From positions 32,001-96,000 of the forward strand of contig JASGJN010000021.1 in assembly GCA_049840735.1 (NCBI GenBank): a stretch of 64,000 bases of DNA. Reading direction: 5' to 3'. Shown piece after piece: positions 32,120 to 42,867 of the stretch (its first letter is position 1; each line of letters opens with the position of its first letter). The position numbers and the translations under genes are program-made. This DNA comes from Anaeromyxobacter sp. Lineage in GTDB: Bacteria; Myxococcota; Myxococcia; Myxococcales; Anaeromyxobacteraceae. Under the pieces are notes generated by a model that searched no databases, had not been told where the DNA came from, and worked only from the letters and a program-made list of their open reading frames with translations.

Positions 32120-33125
32120 CTACGGCTGCGAGGACGAGGGGGGAGCGGACGGATCCGGATCCCCGCGCCTCGCGGCCCGCTTCGCGCGGGGCCGCTGCTT
32201 GCGGCTGGCACCGCTGCCGGCAGCGAGCTGTCGGAGCTTCCCCGGGTGGACGCCGGCCACGGCCACCATGAACAGCCAGAGCAGGGCCCCCATGCCGAAG
32301 AAGCCCAGGGCCAGCCACCCATCCGTCTGCGCGCGCGCCTCGAAGGGCTCGTGGTGGGCCTCTAGGATGACGTCTTCCTGCGGCGGGCCCTCGAGATCTC
32401 CGATGGCGGCCTGGAAGCCGTTCCTCGCCGCTCCGGGACGGACCACCTCGAGGTAGGTGAAATCGGCCAGGTCCTGGGCCTCGAACTGCGCCTTCGCCCG
32501 CTGACGAAAGGCCTGGAACCTCCGCTCGCGCTCGGCCTCTGGACGCGAGGCCTCCATCGTCTCGGTGTACGCCAGCGCCAGCCACGCCGGCGGCGGCTCG
32601 GCCCTGTAGGGAACACCACGGCCGCAGAACGGAACCACCACCGAGATCGTGAACCGCAGGGTTCGCTTGTTCTTGCCCGCCAATGCCGCCGCGCTGTTTC
32701 CCCGGCTCCCGTCACGCCGCAGGCAGGGCCGCTCGACCAGGTAGTACCTGGCCAGCGGAGGCCGCGCGATCTCGGCGACGTCGCCGAGGCGGCCGACCGT
32801 CGCATTCGACTTCGCCAGGTACGTCTGCGCGTTCACGGTCGCACCCACCATCGTGCCCACCGCGACGAACAGGTACAGCGGCGCAGCACCGCCCTTCTTC
32901 CCCTCCAGCTTGAGCGCCTTGAGGCGCGGCCAGTATCCAGACCATGGCCGGCCCCCACGAGAGCAGGAACGGGAGCATGAACGTGACCGCTTCTTCATCG
33001 ACCGCGACCAGCCGCGATCCGTGGACCAGCGCCCATGCCAGCAGCGAGTAGCTGAGCACGAACCCCGCGGCCACGGTCAGGAAGGGCAGGTAGATGTGCC
33101 GCAACTTCCCGACGAAGAGCTGCAT
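32120..33125 (-). CDS. Membrane hypothetical protein; frameshift at ~32934
   Basis: TM-rich N-terminus (MQLFVGKLRHIYLPFL...) joins ORF 32120..32998 at ...WPRLKALKL; atypical codon usage. Confidence 0.5.
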
Positions 33126-33166
33126 CGGGCGGCGGGCCTTGCGCGGCGCCGGTCCGGGAGCCGGGC

Positions 33167-33719
33167 TCACGCCCTGCGATCCATTGGCCGCTCCCTGCCT
33201 GCCGGACGCCGGGTGGTGAAGACGAGCGCGGGAAAGAGACAGGCGAGCATCCAGAAGCCGGAGACGCTCCGCGCCTCCCGGGCGATGTACGCATCGTACG
33301 CCTCACGCGTCAGCTCGTGGACCGCCCGGCCCTTGTTCATCAGCCAGTAGTGCTGATCGATCACCGTCGCATCGGTCCCCTCCCTGGTCGCCATAATCAG
33401 GGCGAAGTCGGCCAGCGCGTAGCAGAGGATCGCCGTGAAGACGTAGCGCCAGGGACGGGCGAGGCGCCGCCTCACTTGTTCGTTGAAGTCCCGTCGGCCC
33501 TCCACCCCAGCCTCCTGCTTCAGCGCCAGGACCGCGGCGCCCCAGAGCAGGATGGACCCACCGTGAAAGGCGAAGTGCACGTTGAAGCGGTTGCCGGTCA
33601 GGTCGGAGACCGGCCAGCGCGGCCGCCTGCACGGCCACGGCCAGCAGGAAGCCGACCCAGGCGAACGAACCCAGCACGGCGCGGACACTGCGGCGCGCGT
33701 AGAACGCTTCGTCGCTCAT
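33167..33719 (-). CDS. Small membrane hypothetical protein; frameshift at ~33605
   Basis: SD GGGAG before ATG 33719; TM segments continue in ORF 33167..33688. Confidence 0.5.
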
Positions 33720-33867
33720 CTCCCCTCCCGTGCGGAGTGTAGCTCATCCCCCAGGCGCTCGTGTCCTCCGCGGCGGTGCGAGGAGCCCGGCCCGAGGCAG
33801 CGCGCGATCCCGGGCACTCGCAGGCGCGCCTGGCTATCTCCTCTGCCCACCGCTGGCGGGAGGCCGC

Positions 33868-34308
33868 ATGCCCTTCGAGGTCGAGACGCGCAACATCCAC
33901 GGTCGCGTGACCACCGTCGGGTCCGCCGGCGGACACACGCTGGTCATCGACCGGCCGGCAGCTGCCGGCGGCGGCGGGCTCGGCTTCAACGGCGGTGAGC
34001 TGCTCCACCTGGCCGTCGCGGGCTGCATCTCCAACGACCTCTTCCGCGAGGCGGCGGCGGCCGGGCTCGCCCTGGAGACGGTGCGCGTGGTCGTGCGCGG
34101 CGACTTCGCCGGCCAGCCGGCCGTCTCGACCGGGATCACCTACGAGGTCGAGGTGAGCGGACGGGCCGAGGCCGCGCGGCTGCAGGCGCTGATCGAGCAC
34201 GTGGACGCCATCGCCGAGATCCCGGGCTCGCTGCGGCGGGGCACGACCGTCCTGCTGGCGGCGGCGCGGGTGCGCGCCCTGCCGGAGGGGGCAGCGCCGG
34301 CACCGTGA
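33868..34308 (+). CDS. OsmC family protein
   Basis: IDRPAAAGGGGLGFNGGELLHLAVAGC; SD GGGAGG. Confidence 0.85.
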   Translation: MPFEVETRNIHGRVTTVGSAGGHTLVIDRPAAAGGGGLGFNGGELLHLAVAGCISNDLFREAAAAGLALETVRVVVRGDFAGQPAVSTGITYEVEVSGRAEAARLQALIEHVDAIAEIPGSLRRGTTVLLAAARVRALPEGAAPAP

Positions 34309-34392
34309 CGCGGGGGATCCCTGCGCCCATCGAAGCCATCACCGCCGCCGCCCGTGCGCGAGTGACAGGGACCCATGCTCGGATCCCACGCC

Positions 34393-34614
34393 GTGGCGGC
34401 CTTCACCCTCGAGTTCTACGAAAACGAGCGCGGCGACAAGCCCGTGCTGCGGTGGATCCGCGAGGAGCTCGCCCCGACGCAGCGGTTCGGGAACAAGGTC
34501 GTCCTTCTCCTCGCGGGCTACGACAAGGGGGCCGACACCTCTCCGCGCCGGCAGGACGAGGAGATCGCCGTGGCGCGCCAACGCCTGGCCGCTTGGCGGC
34601 GGGGCCGGGCTTGA
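34393..34614 (+). pseudogene. RelE/HigB-like toxin remnant with apparent in-frame internal deletion
   Basis: N-terminal FTLEFYENERGDKPVLRWI joined directly to C-terminal VVLLLAGYDKG...EIAVARQRL; only 73 aa; upstream of an XRE antitoxin. Confidence 0.55.
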
Positions 34615-34670
34615 CTGCTGATGTGGGTAAGCACATCGTATCTTCCGACGTGCACCCGCGAGGGCGTCCG

Positions 34671-35063
34671 ATGCGCAACGACTTCGACGAATTGATGAAC
34701 GAGATCGAGGCCGAGGCGCGGCGGGCCGGGCCGAAGTCGCAGGCCGGGTACGCGCGTGCGGGCGCGACTCACCGCCTCGCCCGCGAGATCTTCGACCTCC
34801 GCAAGGTCGCGGGCCTGTCACAGCGGCAACTCGCCGCCAGGTCGGGTGTCCAGCAGGCGGACATCAGCCGGATCGAGGCGGGCGACGCGAACCCGACGCT
34901 CGCTACCATTTCGGCCCTCGCCTACGCGCTCGGCGCGGAACTATCGCTCGCGCGATCGGTTACGGGCACGCGCGCGACGGGGCGAGGTCCCAAGAGGCGT
35001 GACTCCGGCACCCGGCAGGTCCGCGTTCGTGCCGCGGCTCGCCGCGCTGCCTCACGTCGCTGA
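34671..35063 (+). CDS. XRE-family HTH antitoxin (HigA-like)
   Basis: LRKVAGLSQRQLAARSGVQQADISRIEAGDANPTLATI. Confidence 0.85.
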   Translation: MRNDFDELMNEIEAEARRAGPKSQAGYARAGATHRLAREIFDLRKVAGLSQRQLAARSGVQQADISRIEAGDANPTLATISALAYALGAELSLARSVTGTRATGRGPKRRDSGTRQVRVRAAARRAASRR

Positions 35064-35324
35064 GATCTTAGTTCATGGTCGGCGGGCGGCACCGCGAGAG
35101 CGACGCGGCACGCCCGCCGGGTCCTCACCAGAGGAACGCGTAGGTATTGTTACAGTCTTTCGACTGGGCCTCGGCCCGCAGTGCGGATATGCCCGGTGCG
35201 GGCGAGCCGCTCCTGCAGATCGGCGGCGGTGGGGAGCGCGGCCGCGTCCCCGGGCAGCAGCTTCTCCGCCACGGCTTGGGCGCTCCGGGCCCCCCGCCCG
35301 TTCCACCGACCCTGTAAAATACTG

Positions 35325-35356
35325 AGGCCCCAAGGACTTTGCAGTCCAAGGGGCCT
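35325..35356 (-). terminator. Hairpin downstream of tRNA-Phe
   Basis: Minus strand AGGCCCCTTGGACT-GCAA-AGTCCTTGGGGCCT followed by CAGTATTTT. Confidence 0.5.
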
Positions 35357-35378
35357 TCGGATGCCGTACGTGATGTTG

Positions 35379-35451
35379 TGCCTGGACCCGGAATCGAACC
35401 AGGGACACGGGGATTTTCAGTCCCCTGCTCTACCAGCTGAGCTATCCAGGC
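35379..35451 (-). tRNA. tRNA-Phe (GAA), CCA not encoded
   Basis: GCCTGGATAGCTCAGCTGGTAGAGCAGGGGACTGAAAATCCCCGTGTCCCTGGTTCGATTCCGGGTCCAGGCA folds as a cloverleaf. Confidence 0.97.
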
Positions 35452-35655
35452 ATTCCCTCGGCTGCCGGTCACCCGACCGCCGCGGGACCGCCCTTTTACG
35501 ATCGCCCGGCCCGGAACGCAACAGGGGAAAAGCGCCCTGATCGCTCACGCTTCGGCGGGTGCGCGGGAACGCACTTTTCGGCCCGGGCGCGGCAGGACGC
35601 CGCCGGGTGTGGACCAACGTGGGCGGACGACGCGGCCGCGGGCGGGCCCGGCGGC

Positions 35656-35979
35656 TCAGTGCTCGTCGACGGCGGCGGCGGGCAGCGCGGCGACGCGGGT
35701 CCGGCCGCCGCGCTCGGGCGGCACCGCGTGGTGCGCCATGTCCTCGGCGTGCGCCTCCTGCGACGTGCAGGCGATGGCCGAGACGCTCTCGTGGCGATCG
35801 CGCATCTCGTTCCAGAAGCGGACGCGCGCCTGGTTCACCAGCAGTCGCGCCTGGAGGTCGTCCAGGCTGGCCTCCAGGTTGCGCTGCTCCAGCGCCAGCC
35901 GCGCGCGGCGGATCTCCGCGTCCCTCGGCGCGCAGGCGGCGGCGAGCAGCAGCAGCGTGGTCATCGCGATGGCTCTCAT
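35656..35979 (-). CDS. Small coiled-coil lipoprotein
   Basis: SD GGAGG; lipobox LAAAC; coiled coil. Confidence 0.7.
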   Translation of the reverse strand: MRAIAMTTLLLLAAACAPRDAEIRRARLALEQRNLEASLDDLQARLLVNQARVRFWNEMRDRHESVSAIACTSQEAHAEDMAHHAVPPERGGRTRVAALPAAAVDEH

Positions 35980-36245
35980 GCGCCCCTCCGACGCAAGCTC
36001 CAGCGGTGGCGTCACTGAGGGTGCTCACGCCCGCGCGGGCCGCCAACCTCCGGCTGGAGGCCGGGCCCCGGCGTGGGACAGCTGCGGAAAGCCACGCGAT
36101 CGCGCGCGGATGCCCAGCTGGAGCGCCGGCGCGTCACCTCTGCGAGGGTCACGGATCCCCGTGAGGACGGAATGCACCCACCGTTGACGGGTGCGGCGGA
36201 CGCGGACGCAGCGCGGGCGCGCGGCTTGGCCGGGCGGCCAGCGCG

Positions 36246-37001
36246 TCAGAGGCGCGGGATGGCCTTCAGCACGGCCTTCCCGTCCTTCACCTCGACGCGG
36301 AAGTCCACGCTCTTGGCCTTGTAGCGCGACATCAGCTCCGGGACCTGCTTCTCCACGCTGCGCGCCACGGCGTCATAGCTGAGGCGGGAGACGTCCTCGT
36401 TGCAGCGCTTCTTGGCCGCGACGTACTCGTCGTAGAGCGCCCGCATGCGGGCGTCGCCGGCGGCGGCCGGCGGCGGCGAGGTGGCGGCACGCGAGGCCGG
36501 CGCCGGCGCAGCAGCGCGCGGCGCCGCGGGCGCAGCAGCCGCGGAGGCGGAAGCAGCCGGGGCGGCCGGCGCCTCCTTGCCCGGCGCGGCGTCCTTCTTC
36601 GCGTCCGGCCGGTGCAGGCGCGCCTTGAAGAGGTCGCGCCGGTAGGTGCCCTCCTCCTTCTCGCGCGCCGTCCGCATCCAGAGCCGCTCGTAGGAGAGGA
36701 AGCGCGCGTGCAGCGACTGCAGCCGGAAGCGCAGGCCGGTGTTGCGCGTGAACGCGGTCTTGATGACGTTCACGCGCTTCTTGATCTCGTTGCGCTCGCG
36801 GTTGGGCTCGCGCCGCTCGATGCCGAGGAAGTAGGCCTCGTAGCGCGCCTTGAGCGCCTCCAGCTCCTCCTCCAGCCGGCTGCACTCGTCGGCCAGCTCC
36901 TCCTGCTGCCGGCGCTGGGCCAGCGGGTCCTCGGGCACGGCCGGCTGGCCGGGCTTCAGGGGGCCGCCTGGACGGCCGGGACGCTGGGGAGGGAGGGCCA
37001 C
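36246..37001 (-). CDS. MXAN_5187 C-terminal domain-containing protein
   Basis: YEAYFLGIERREP...EEGTYRRD...LYDEYVAAK...VDFRVEVKDGKAVLKA. Confidence 0.75.
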   Translation of the reverse strand: MALPPQRPGRPGGPLKPGQPAVPEDPLAQRRQQEELADECSRLEEELEALKARYEAYFLGIERREPNRERNEIKKRVNVIKTAFTRNTGLRFRLQSLHARFLSYERLWMRTAREKEEGTYRRDLFKARLHRPDAKKDAAPGKEAPAAPAASASAAAAPAAPRAAAPAPASRAATSPPPAAAGDARMRALYDEYVAAKKRCNEDVSRLSYDAVARSVEKQVPELMSRYKAKSVDFRVEVKDGKAVLKAIPRL

Positions 37002-37051
37002 GGAGAGAGTCTATCGGTGCGGGCGCGCCGGGATCAACGCAAGGCCCGCAC

Positions 37052-38134
37052 CTACCCCGCCGCGGGCGCCGCCTCCGGGACCGCCGGACGCGGGGCACGG
37101 AGCCACAGGGCCACCCCGACCGCCAGGATCACGATCGAGGTCCACTGCCCGGCGCCCAGCCCCAGGTAGACGCCGCGCTCCACGTCGCCGCGGAACAGCT
37201 CGACCGCGCTGCGCAGGAAGGCGTACCCGATGAGCCAGCTGGCCAGCACCTGGCCGTGGAACCGCTTCCGCGGCCGGACCCACAGGACCAGCAGCAGGAA
37301 CAGCCCCAGCTCCCCGAACGACTCGTAGAGCTGCGTGGGGTGGAGCGCGATGGTGGAGAGCCCGCCCGGCTCCAGGTACTGCCCCGGGTTGGAGCGCTGC
37401 AGGAAGGTCTGGTAGGCCAGCGACTCCGGCGGGAAGTGGGCCGCCCAGGGCAGGTCCGAGTGCATGGGCCCGCCCCAGCAGCAGCCGGCGCCGAAGCAGC
37501 CCAGGCGCCCCAGGAAGTGCCCGATGGCCACCGACGGGATCATGGTGTCGGCGTGGGCCAGGAAGGGCATGCGGTGGCGGCGCATGTACCACCAGGCCGT
37601 CAGCGCGGCGCCGATGAAGCCGCCGTAGAAGACCAGGCCGTTCTTCCAGAAGATCAGGAAGCGCGGCCAGCGGCCGAGGGGCGTCTCACCCCAGAACTGG
37701 CCGGGCCCGAAGTACTCCCGCCAGTTCACGCCGATGAAGTAGAGCTCGCTGCCCACCACGGCCGCGATCAGGATCCAGAAGGCCAGGTCGGCGATCCGCT
37801 CCGGATCCTGCCCGCGCCGGCGCGCCTCGCGCTGCGCCAGCCAGATGCCCAGCAGGAAGGCGCTGGCGATGAGCAGCCCGTAGGTGTGGAGCGGCAGGTC
37901 GATGGACCGGTCGAGCAGCCCCATCCTCCACAGGACCACGCCCAGCACGGCCAGGATCGCCGCCAGCCAGCCGTCGGCCTTCACGGCCTCGACCAGCGAG
38001 AGGCGCTGCCCATCCTGGCGGGCGCGCCAGAGCCAGGCCGCGCCGCGGCCGACCAGGACGACCAGGGCCAACACCACGTAGAGCGGCAGGCCCCAGCCCA
38101 GGGGGACGGAGAGGTGGAAGAGCACCGGGAGCAT
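37052..38134 (-). CDS. lgt: Prolipoprotein diacylglyceryl transferase
   Basis: TYGLL, GLVFYGG, GRLGCFGAGCCWG, HPTQLYE. Confidence 0.95.
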   Translation of the reverse strand: MLPVLFHLSVPLGWGLPLYVVLALVVLVGRGAAWLWRARQDGQRLSLVEAVKADGWLAAILAVLGVVLWRMGLLDRSIDLPLHTYGLLIASAFLLGIWLAQREARRRGQDPERIADLAFWILIAAVVGSELYFIGVNWREYFGPGQFWGETPLGRWPRFLIFWKNGLVFYGGFIGAALTAWWYMRRHRMPFLAHADTMIPSVAIGHFLGRLGCFGAGCCWGGPMHSDLPWAAHFPPESLAYQTFLQRSNPGQYLEPGGLSTIALHPTQLYESFGELGLFLLLVLWVRPRKRFHGQVLASWLIGYAFLRSAVELFRGDVERGVYLGLGAGQWTSIVILAVGVALWLRAPRPAVPEAAPAAG

Positions 38135-38137
38135 CGA

Positions 38138-38767
38138 TCAGGCCCTCCGCTCCTCGCCCGCCGCCGCGTCGGGCGCCGGCTTCTTCGCCTCGCCCTTCTG
38201 TGGCCCGGGGTGGAGCACCAGCATGAGCACGCCCACCACGATGAGCGAGTCGGCGATGTTGAAGGTGGGCCACCGGAGGTCGGGCCGGTTCCACCAGTAC
38301 CACTCGATGAAGTCGATCACGTACCCGCGCGCCAGGCGGTCCACGAAGTTGCCCAGGGCCCCGGCCAGCACCAGCGCCAGCGCCACCTGCAGGAAGCGCT
38401 GGTCCTCGCGCAGCTTCCGGTAGTAACCGACGATGAACACGCCGGCGGAGAGCGAGACCAGGGTGAAGAACACGTTGCGGACCCGCTCGGAGAAGCCGCG
38501 GAACATGCCCCAGGCCGCGCCCGGGTTCTCCACGTAGCTCATCCGCCACACCGGCGCCCAGACCACGTACGGCTCGGTGGCCTGCGACTCCAGGTGGCGG
38601 TGCTCCGAGTAGAAGCCCACCAGCTTCTCGCCCAGCGTCTGCTGCCCCGCCCGCTGGAAGATGACGGTGAGCCGCTCCACGGCCAGGAACTTGCTCCACT
38701 GGTCCGCCAGCAGGCCGGCGGCGAACAGGACCACGAGCAGGGTCCACTTCGACTTGGTCATGGTCAT
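38138..38767 (-). CDS. lspA: Signal peptidase II
   Basis: DQWSK, NPGAAWG, GALGNFVDR, VIDFI, FNIADS; start overlaps the ileS stop. Confidence 0.95.
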   Translation of the reverse strand: MTMTKSKWTLLVVLFAAGLLADQWSKFLAVERLTVIFQRAGQQTLGEKLVGFYSEHRHLESQATEPYVVWAPVWRMSYVENPGAAWGMFRGFSERVRNVFFTLVSLSAGVFIVGYYRKLREDQRFLQVALALVLAGALGNFVDRLARGYVIDFIEWYWWNRPDLRWPTFNIADSLIVVGVLMLVLHPGPQKGEAKKPAPDAAAGEERRA

Positions 38768-41602
38768 GCCAGCGCGTCCGCGCACTTGCCGCACAGGGTG
38801 GGGTGGCTGGGCTCGACGCCCACGTCCTCGCGGTAGATCCAGCACCGCTCGCACTTCACGCCCGGCGCGCGGGCCACCTCGACCGCCAGCGGCCCATCCG
38901 CCAGCGCCACCTTCGAGACGATGAAGAGCGTCGGCAGATCGGCCCGGGCCGACTCCAGCAGCGCGCGCTGCGCCCCCTCGGCCCGGATCGTCACCATGGC
39001 CTCCAGGCCGGAGCCGATCAGCTTGGCGCGGCGCGCCTCCTCCAGCTTGCCCTGCACCGCGGCCCGCACCTCGAACAGCTGCCCGAACCGCTCCTCCAGC
39101 GCCGCCGCGTCGGCCGGGCGCGCGCGCCGCGGCAGGCCGGCCAGGAACGGGCTCTCGGCGGTGCGGCCCGGCAGGTGGCCCCAGGCCTCGCTGGCCGTGA
39201 AGGAGAGGACCGGCGCCAGCAGCCGGATCAGGTCCTCGGCCATCGCGTGCAGCACGGTCAGCGCCGAGCGGCGCGCCTGCCCCCACTTCCTGGCCGTGTA
39301 GACGCGGTCCTTGATGATGTCGAAGTAGATGGCGGAGAGCTCCACCGAGCAGAGCTGCACGGTGGCGTGGTAGGCCACGTGGAACTCGTAGTCCTCGTAG
39401 GCCTGCTGCACCTTCTCGTTCCAGGCCACCAGCCGGGAGAGCGCCCAGCGGTCGATGGGCAGCAGCTCCGCCTCCGGCACCGCGTGCTGGGCCGGGTCGT
39501 AGCCCTCCAGCGCGCCCAGGATCCACCGCAGCGTGTTGCGGATCTCTGCGGTAGCCCTCGGCCACGCCGTCCATGATCTTGTCGGAGATCCGGACGTCGT
39601 CGCGGTAGTCGGCGGCGGACACCCACAGGCGCAGGATGTCGGCCCCGTACTTCTTGATGATCTCCTCGGGCTCGATGCCGTTCCCGGCGCTCTTGGACAT
39701 GGCCTTGCCCTGGCCATCCAGCACGAAGCCGTGGGTCAGGACCGCCTTGTAGGGGGCGCGCTCCTCCAGGGCCATGGAGGTGAGCAGCGAGGAGTGGAAC
39801 CAGCCGCGGTGCTGGTCCGAGCCCTCCAGGTAGAGGTCGACCGGGACCGGCTCGCCCTCGCGCTTCATCACCGCCGCCCAGGAGACGCCCGAGTCCCACC
39901 AGACGTCGAGGATGTCCTGCTCGCGCCGGAAGTCGCCCTTGCCGCACTTCGGGCAGGACTCACCGGCCGTGAACTGGGCCGGGGCCCGGCGGTACCAGGC
40001 CTCGATCCCCTCCTCCTCGAACGCGGCGGCCACCTTCTCCATCACCGCCGGGGAGAGCAGCGGCTCCTCGCAGCCGTTGCAGTAGAAGACCGGGATGGGC
40101 ACGCCCCAGGTCCGCTGGCGCGAGACGCACCAGTCGGGCCGGTTCTCGATCATGTTGTAGATGCGGTCGCGGCCCCAGCGCGGGATCCACTTCACCTGGT
40201 CGATGGCCCGGAGCGCGCCCTTGCGCAGCTCGCGGTGCTCCAGCGACAGGAACCACTGGTCGGTGGCGCGGAAGATGACCGGCTTGTGGCAGCGCCAGCA
40301 GTGCGGGTAGCTGTGCTTGAGCGAGGCCTTGGGGTCGGAGAGCAGGTGGCCCGAGGCGTGGAGGTCGCTCACGATCTCCGCGTTGGCCTCGAAGATCTTC
40401 TTGCCGGCGTACTTGCCCGCCTCCTCGGTGAAGCGGCCCGCGCCGTCCACCGGGTTCAGCACCTCCAGCTTGTAGCGGAGGCCGACCACGTAGTCCTCCT
40501 GGCCGTGGCCGGGCGCGGTGTGGACCAGGCCGGTGCCGGCCTCGAGCGTCACGTGGTCGCCCAGGATCACCGGCGAGCACCGCTCGATGAAGGGGTGGAG
40601 GTACTGCAGCCCCTCCAGCTCCTTGCCCTCGAGGTAGCCCAGCACGCGCTCCGGGTGGCGCAGGTGCGTGGCGCTGAGCCCGCCGCCGCCGGTGGCGGCC
40701 GCGTGCGCGTCGGGCGAGTGGGGCACCGGGACGCCGGTGGTGGTCAGCTCGTCCGGCGCGACCTCGGAGAGGAACTGCGCCAGCAGGTCCTTGGCGACGA
40801 TGACCGGCGTGCCGGCCAGCTCGTAGATGACGTAGGTGAAGTCCGGGTGGGCGCAGATGGCCAGGTTGGCCGGGAGCGTCCAGGGGGTGGTGGTCCAGAT
40901 GACCAGCTTCACCTTGCGGCCGGCCAGCTTGCCGTGCGGCAGCGGCGTGACCAGGTCGAAGGCCACGTGGATGGAGGGCGAGGCGTGGTCCTCGTACTCC
41001 ACCTCCGCCTCGGCCAGCGCGGTCCGGTCGTTGACGCACCAGTAGACCGGCTTCTTGCCGCGGTAGAGGAAGCCCCGCTCCGCCGCGCGCGCGAAGGTGC
41101 GGACGATCTCCGCCTCGTACCCGCGCGACATGGTGGTGTAGGGCGTGTCCCAGCGGCCGAAGATGCCCAGCCGCTTGAAGGACTCGCGCTGCTTGTCGAT
41201 CCAGCGCTGCGCGTAGGCGCGGCAGGCCTCGATGATGGCGGCGCGGTCCAGCTCGCGCTTCTTCGAGCCCAGCTCCTTGTCCACGCCCAGCTCGATGGGC
41301 AGGCCGTGGCAGTCCCAGCCCGGGATGAAGTCGGCCACCTCACCCTTGAGGTTCCGGTACTTCACCACGATGTCCTTCAGGATCTTGTTGAGCGCGTGGC
41401 CGATGTGGATGTCGCCGTTGGCGTACGGCGGGCCGTCGTGGAAGACGAAGCGCGGCCCCTTGCGACCGGCGTTCTGGGCCACGAGGCGCTGGAAGATCGC
41501 CTGCTCCGCCCACTGGCGAAGGATCTCCGGCTCCCGCTGGGGGAGGTTCGCCTTCATGGGGAAGTCGGTCTTCGGAAGGTTGACGGTGTCTTTGTAGTCC
41601 AC
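38764..41602 (-). CDS. ileS: Isoleucine--tRNA ligase; frameshift at ~39546 (probable sequencing error)
   Basis: HDGPPYANGDIHIGH, GWDCHGLPIE, AMSKS, C-terminal KCERCW...LCGKC zinc finger in ORF 38764..39717. Confidence 0.95.
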
Positions 41603-41744
41603 GGACGCGTCCTGAGCCGGGAAGTGGCGGAAAGTAGAGGGTTCTACCAGCCGAGGGGGGCCGGATCAATGAACGGATCCGGTGCGGGGCGCGCGCCGGG
41701 GCGCGTTGCGGTACCCCCCGGGCGCGGCTAACCTTCCCCGGCCC

Positions 41745-42731
41745 ATGCCCTCCGCCCGCAAGCCTGCGCCGCGCCACAAGAGCGCTCGCACCAAGAAGCG
41801 GGCGCCCGGCGGCCTGGGCGTGGTCATCCTCTCCCGCAACCGCCGGCTCTACTCCACGCGCCGCCTGGTCGAGGCCGCCAGGGCGCTGGGCCACGCCCCG
41901 CGCGTGCTCGACACCCTGCGCTGCAACATGCTGCTGGCGCGGGACGAGCCGCGCATCCTCTACCGCGGCGAGGAGGTCCGGGCCGATCGCGTCCACGTGG
42001 TCATCCCCCGGATCGGCGCCTCCATCACGGGCTACGGGCTGGCGGTGGTGAACCAGTTCGACCTGATGGGCGTGCCGGTGCTGGCCGCCGCCATCCCCAT
42101 CGCGCGCTCGCGCGACAAGCTGCGCGCGCTGCAGCTCCTCTCCCGCTTCGGCATGGACATCCCGCGCACGGTGATGTGCCGCTTCCGCGACGAGGTGCCG
42201 GAGGCCGTCGAGCAGGTGGGCGGGCTGCCCTGCATCATCAAGCTCATCCAGGGGACGCAGGGCGTGGGGGTGATGATCGCCAGCACCATGGTGGAGGTGC
42301 AGGGCATGCTCGACACGCTCTGGACGCTGGGCCAGGAGATCCTGCTCCAGGAGCTGGTGGCCGAGTCGAAGGGCAAGGACGTGCGCGCGCTGGTGGTGGG
42401 CGACAGGGTGGTGGCCGCCATGCGCCGCACCGCTCGCGCCGGCGAGTTCCGCTCCAACATCCACCGCGGTGGCAGCGCCGAGGCGGTGCCCCTGGGCCGC
42501 GAGTACGCCGAGGCGGCGGTGAAGGCCGCGCGCGTGCTGGGGCTGGAGGTGGCCGGCATCGACATGCTCGAGGCGCGCACCGGCCCCAAGATCATGGAGG
42601 TCAACTCCTCGCCCGGCTTCGAGGGGCTGGAGAGCGCCACCGGCCTGGACGTGGCCTCAGCCTACGTGCAGCACGCCGTCGAGTTCGGCCTGGCCCGGCG
42701 TCTCTCGCCCGCCGGCGGGCGCGTGGCCTGA
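41745..42731 (+). CDS. rimK: RimK family alpha-L-glutamate ligase
   Basis: LYSTRRL, VIPRIGASIT, RDKLRALQ, GTQGVGV, FRSNIHRGG, EVNSSPG. Confidence 0.88.
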   Translation: MPSARKPAPRHKSARTKKRAPGGLGVVILSRNRRLYSTRRLVEAARALGHAPRVLDTLRCNMLLARDEPRILYRGEEVRADRVHVVIPRIGASITGYGLAVVNQFDLMGVPVLAAAIPIARSRDKLRALQLLSRFGMDIPRTVMCRFRDEVPEAVEQVGGLPCIIKLIQGTQGVGVMIASTMVEVQGMLDTLWTLGQEILLQELVAESKGKDVRALVVGDRVVAAMRRTARAGEFRSNIHRGGSAEAVPLGREYAEAAVKAARVLGLEVAGIDMLEARTGPKIMEVNSSPGFEGLESATGLDVASAYVQHAVEFGLARRLSPAGGRVA

Positions 42732-42867
42732 TCGTGTCATCGCCCTGACGGTGAAGACGAGACCGGGGCTCGGTCTTCACCCCGGGTCGCCTGGGCCCGG
42801 CCAGGCAAGCGAGCACCCGGCCGCCGCTTCTGGGGCGCCGACGAGGCAAGTACAATCCGCCTCGACC

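Noticed and set aside
38138..41602. 1154-aa IleS-LspA fusion ORF
   Set aside because: Created by the +1 indel at ~39546; the true IleS C-terminus is in ORF 38764..39717 and lspA has its own start
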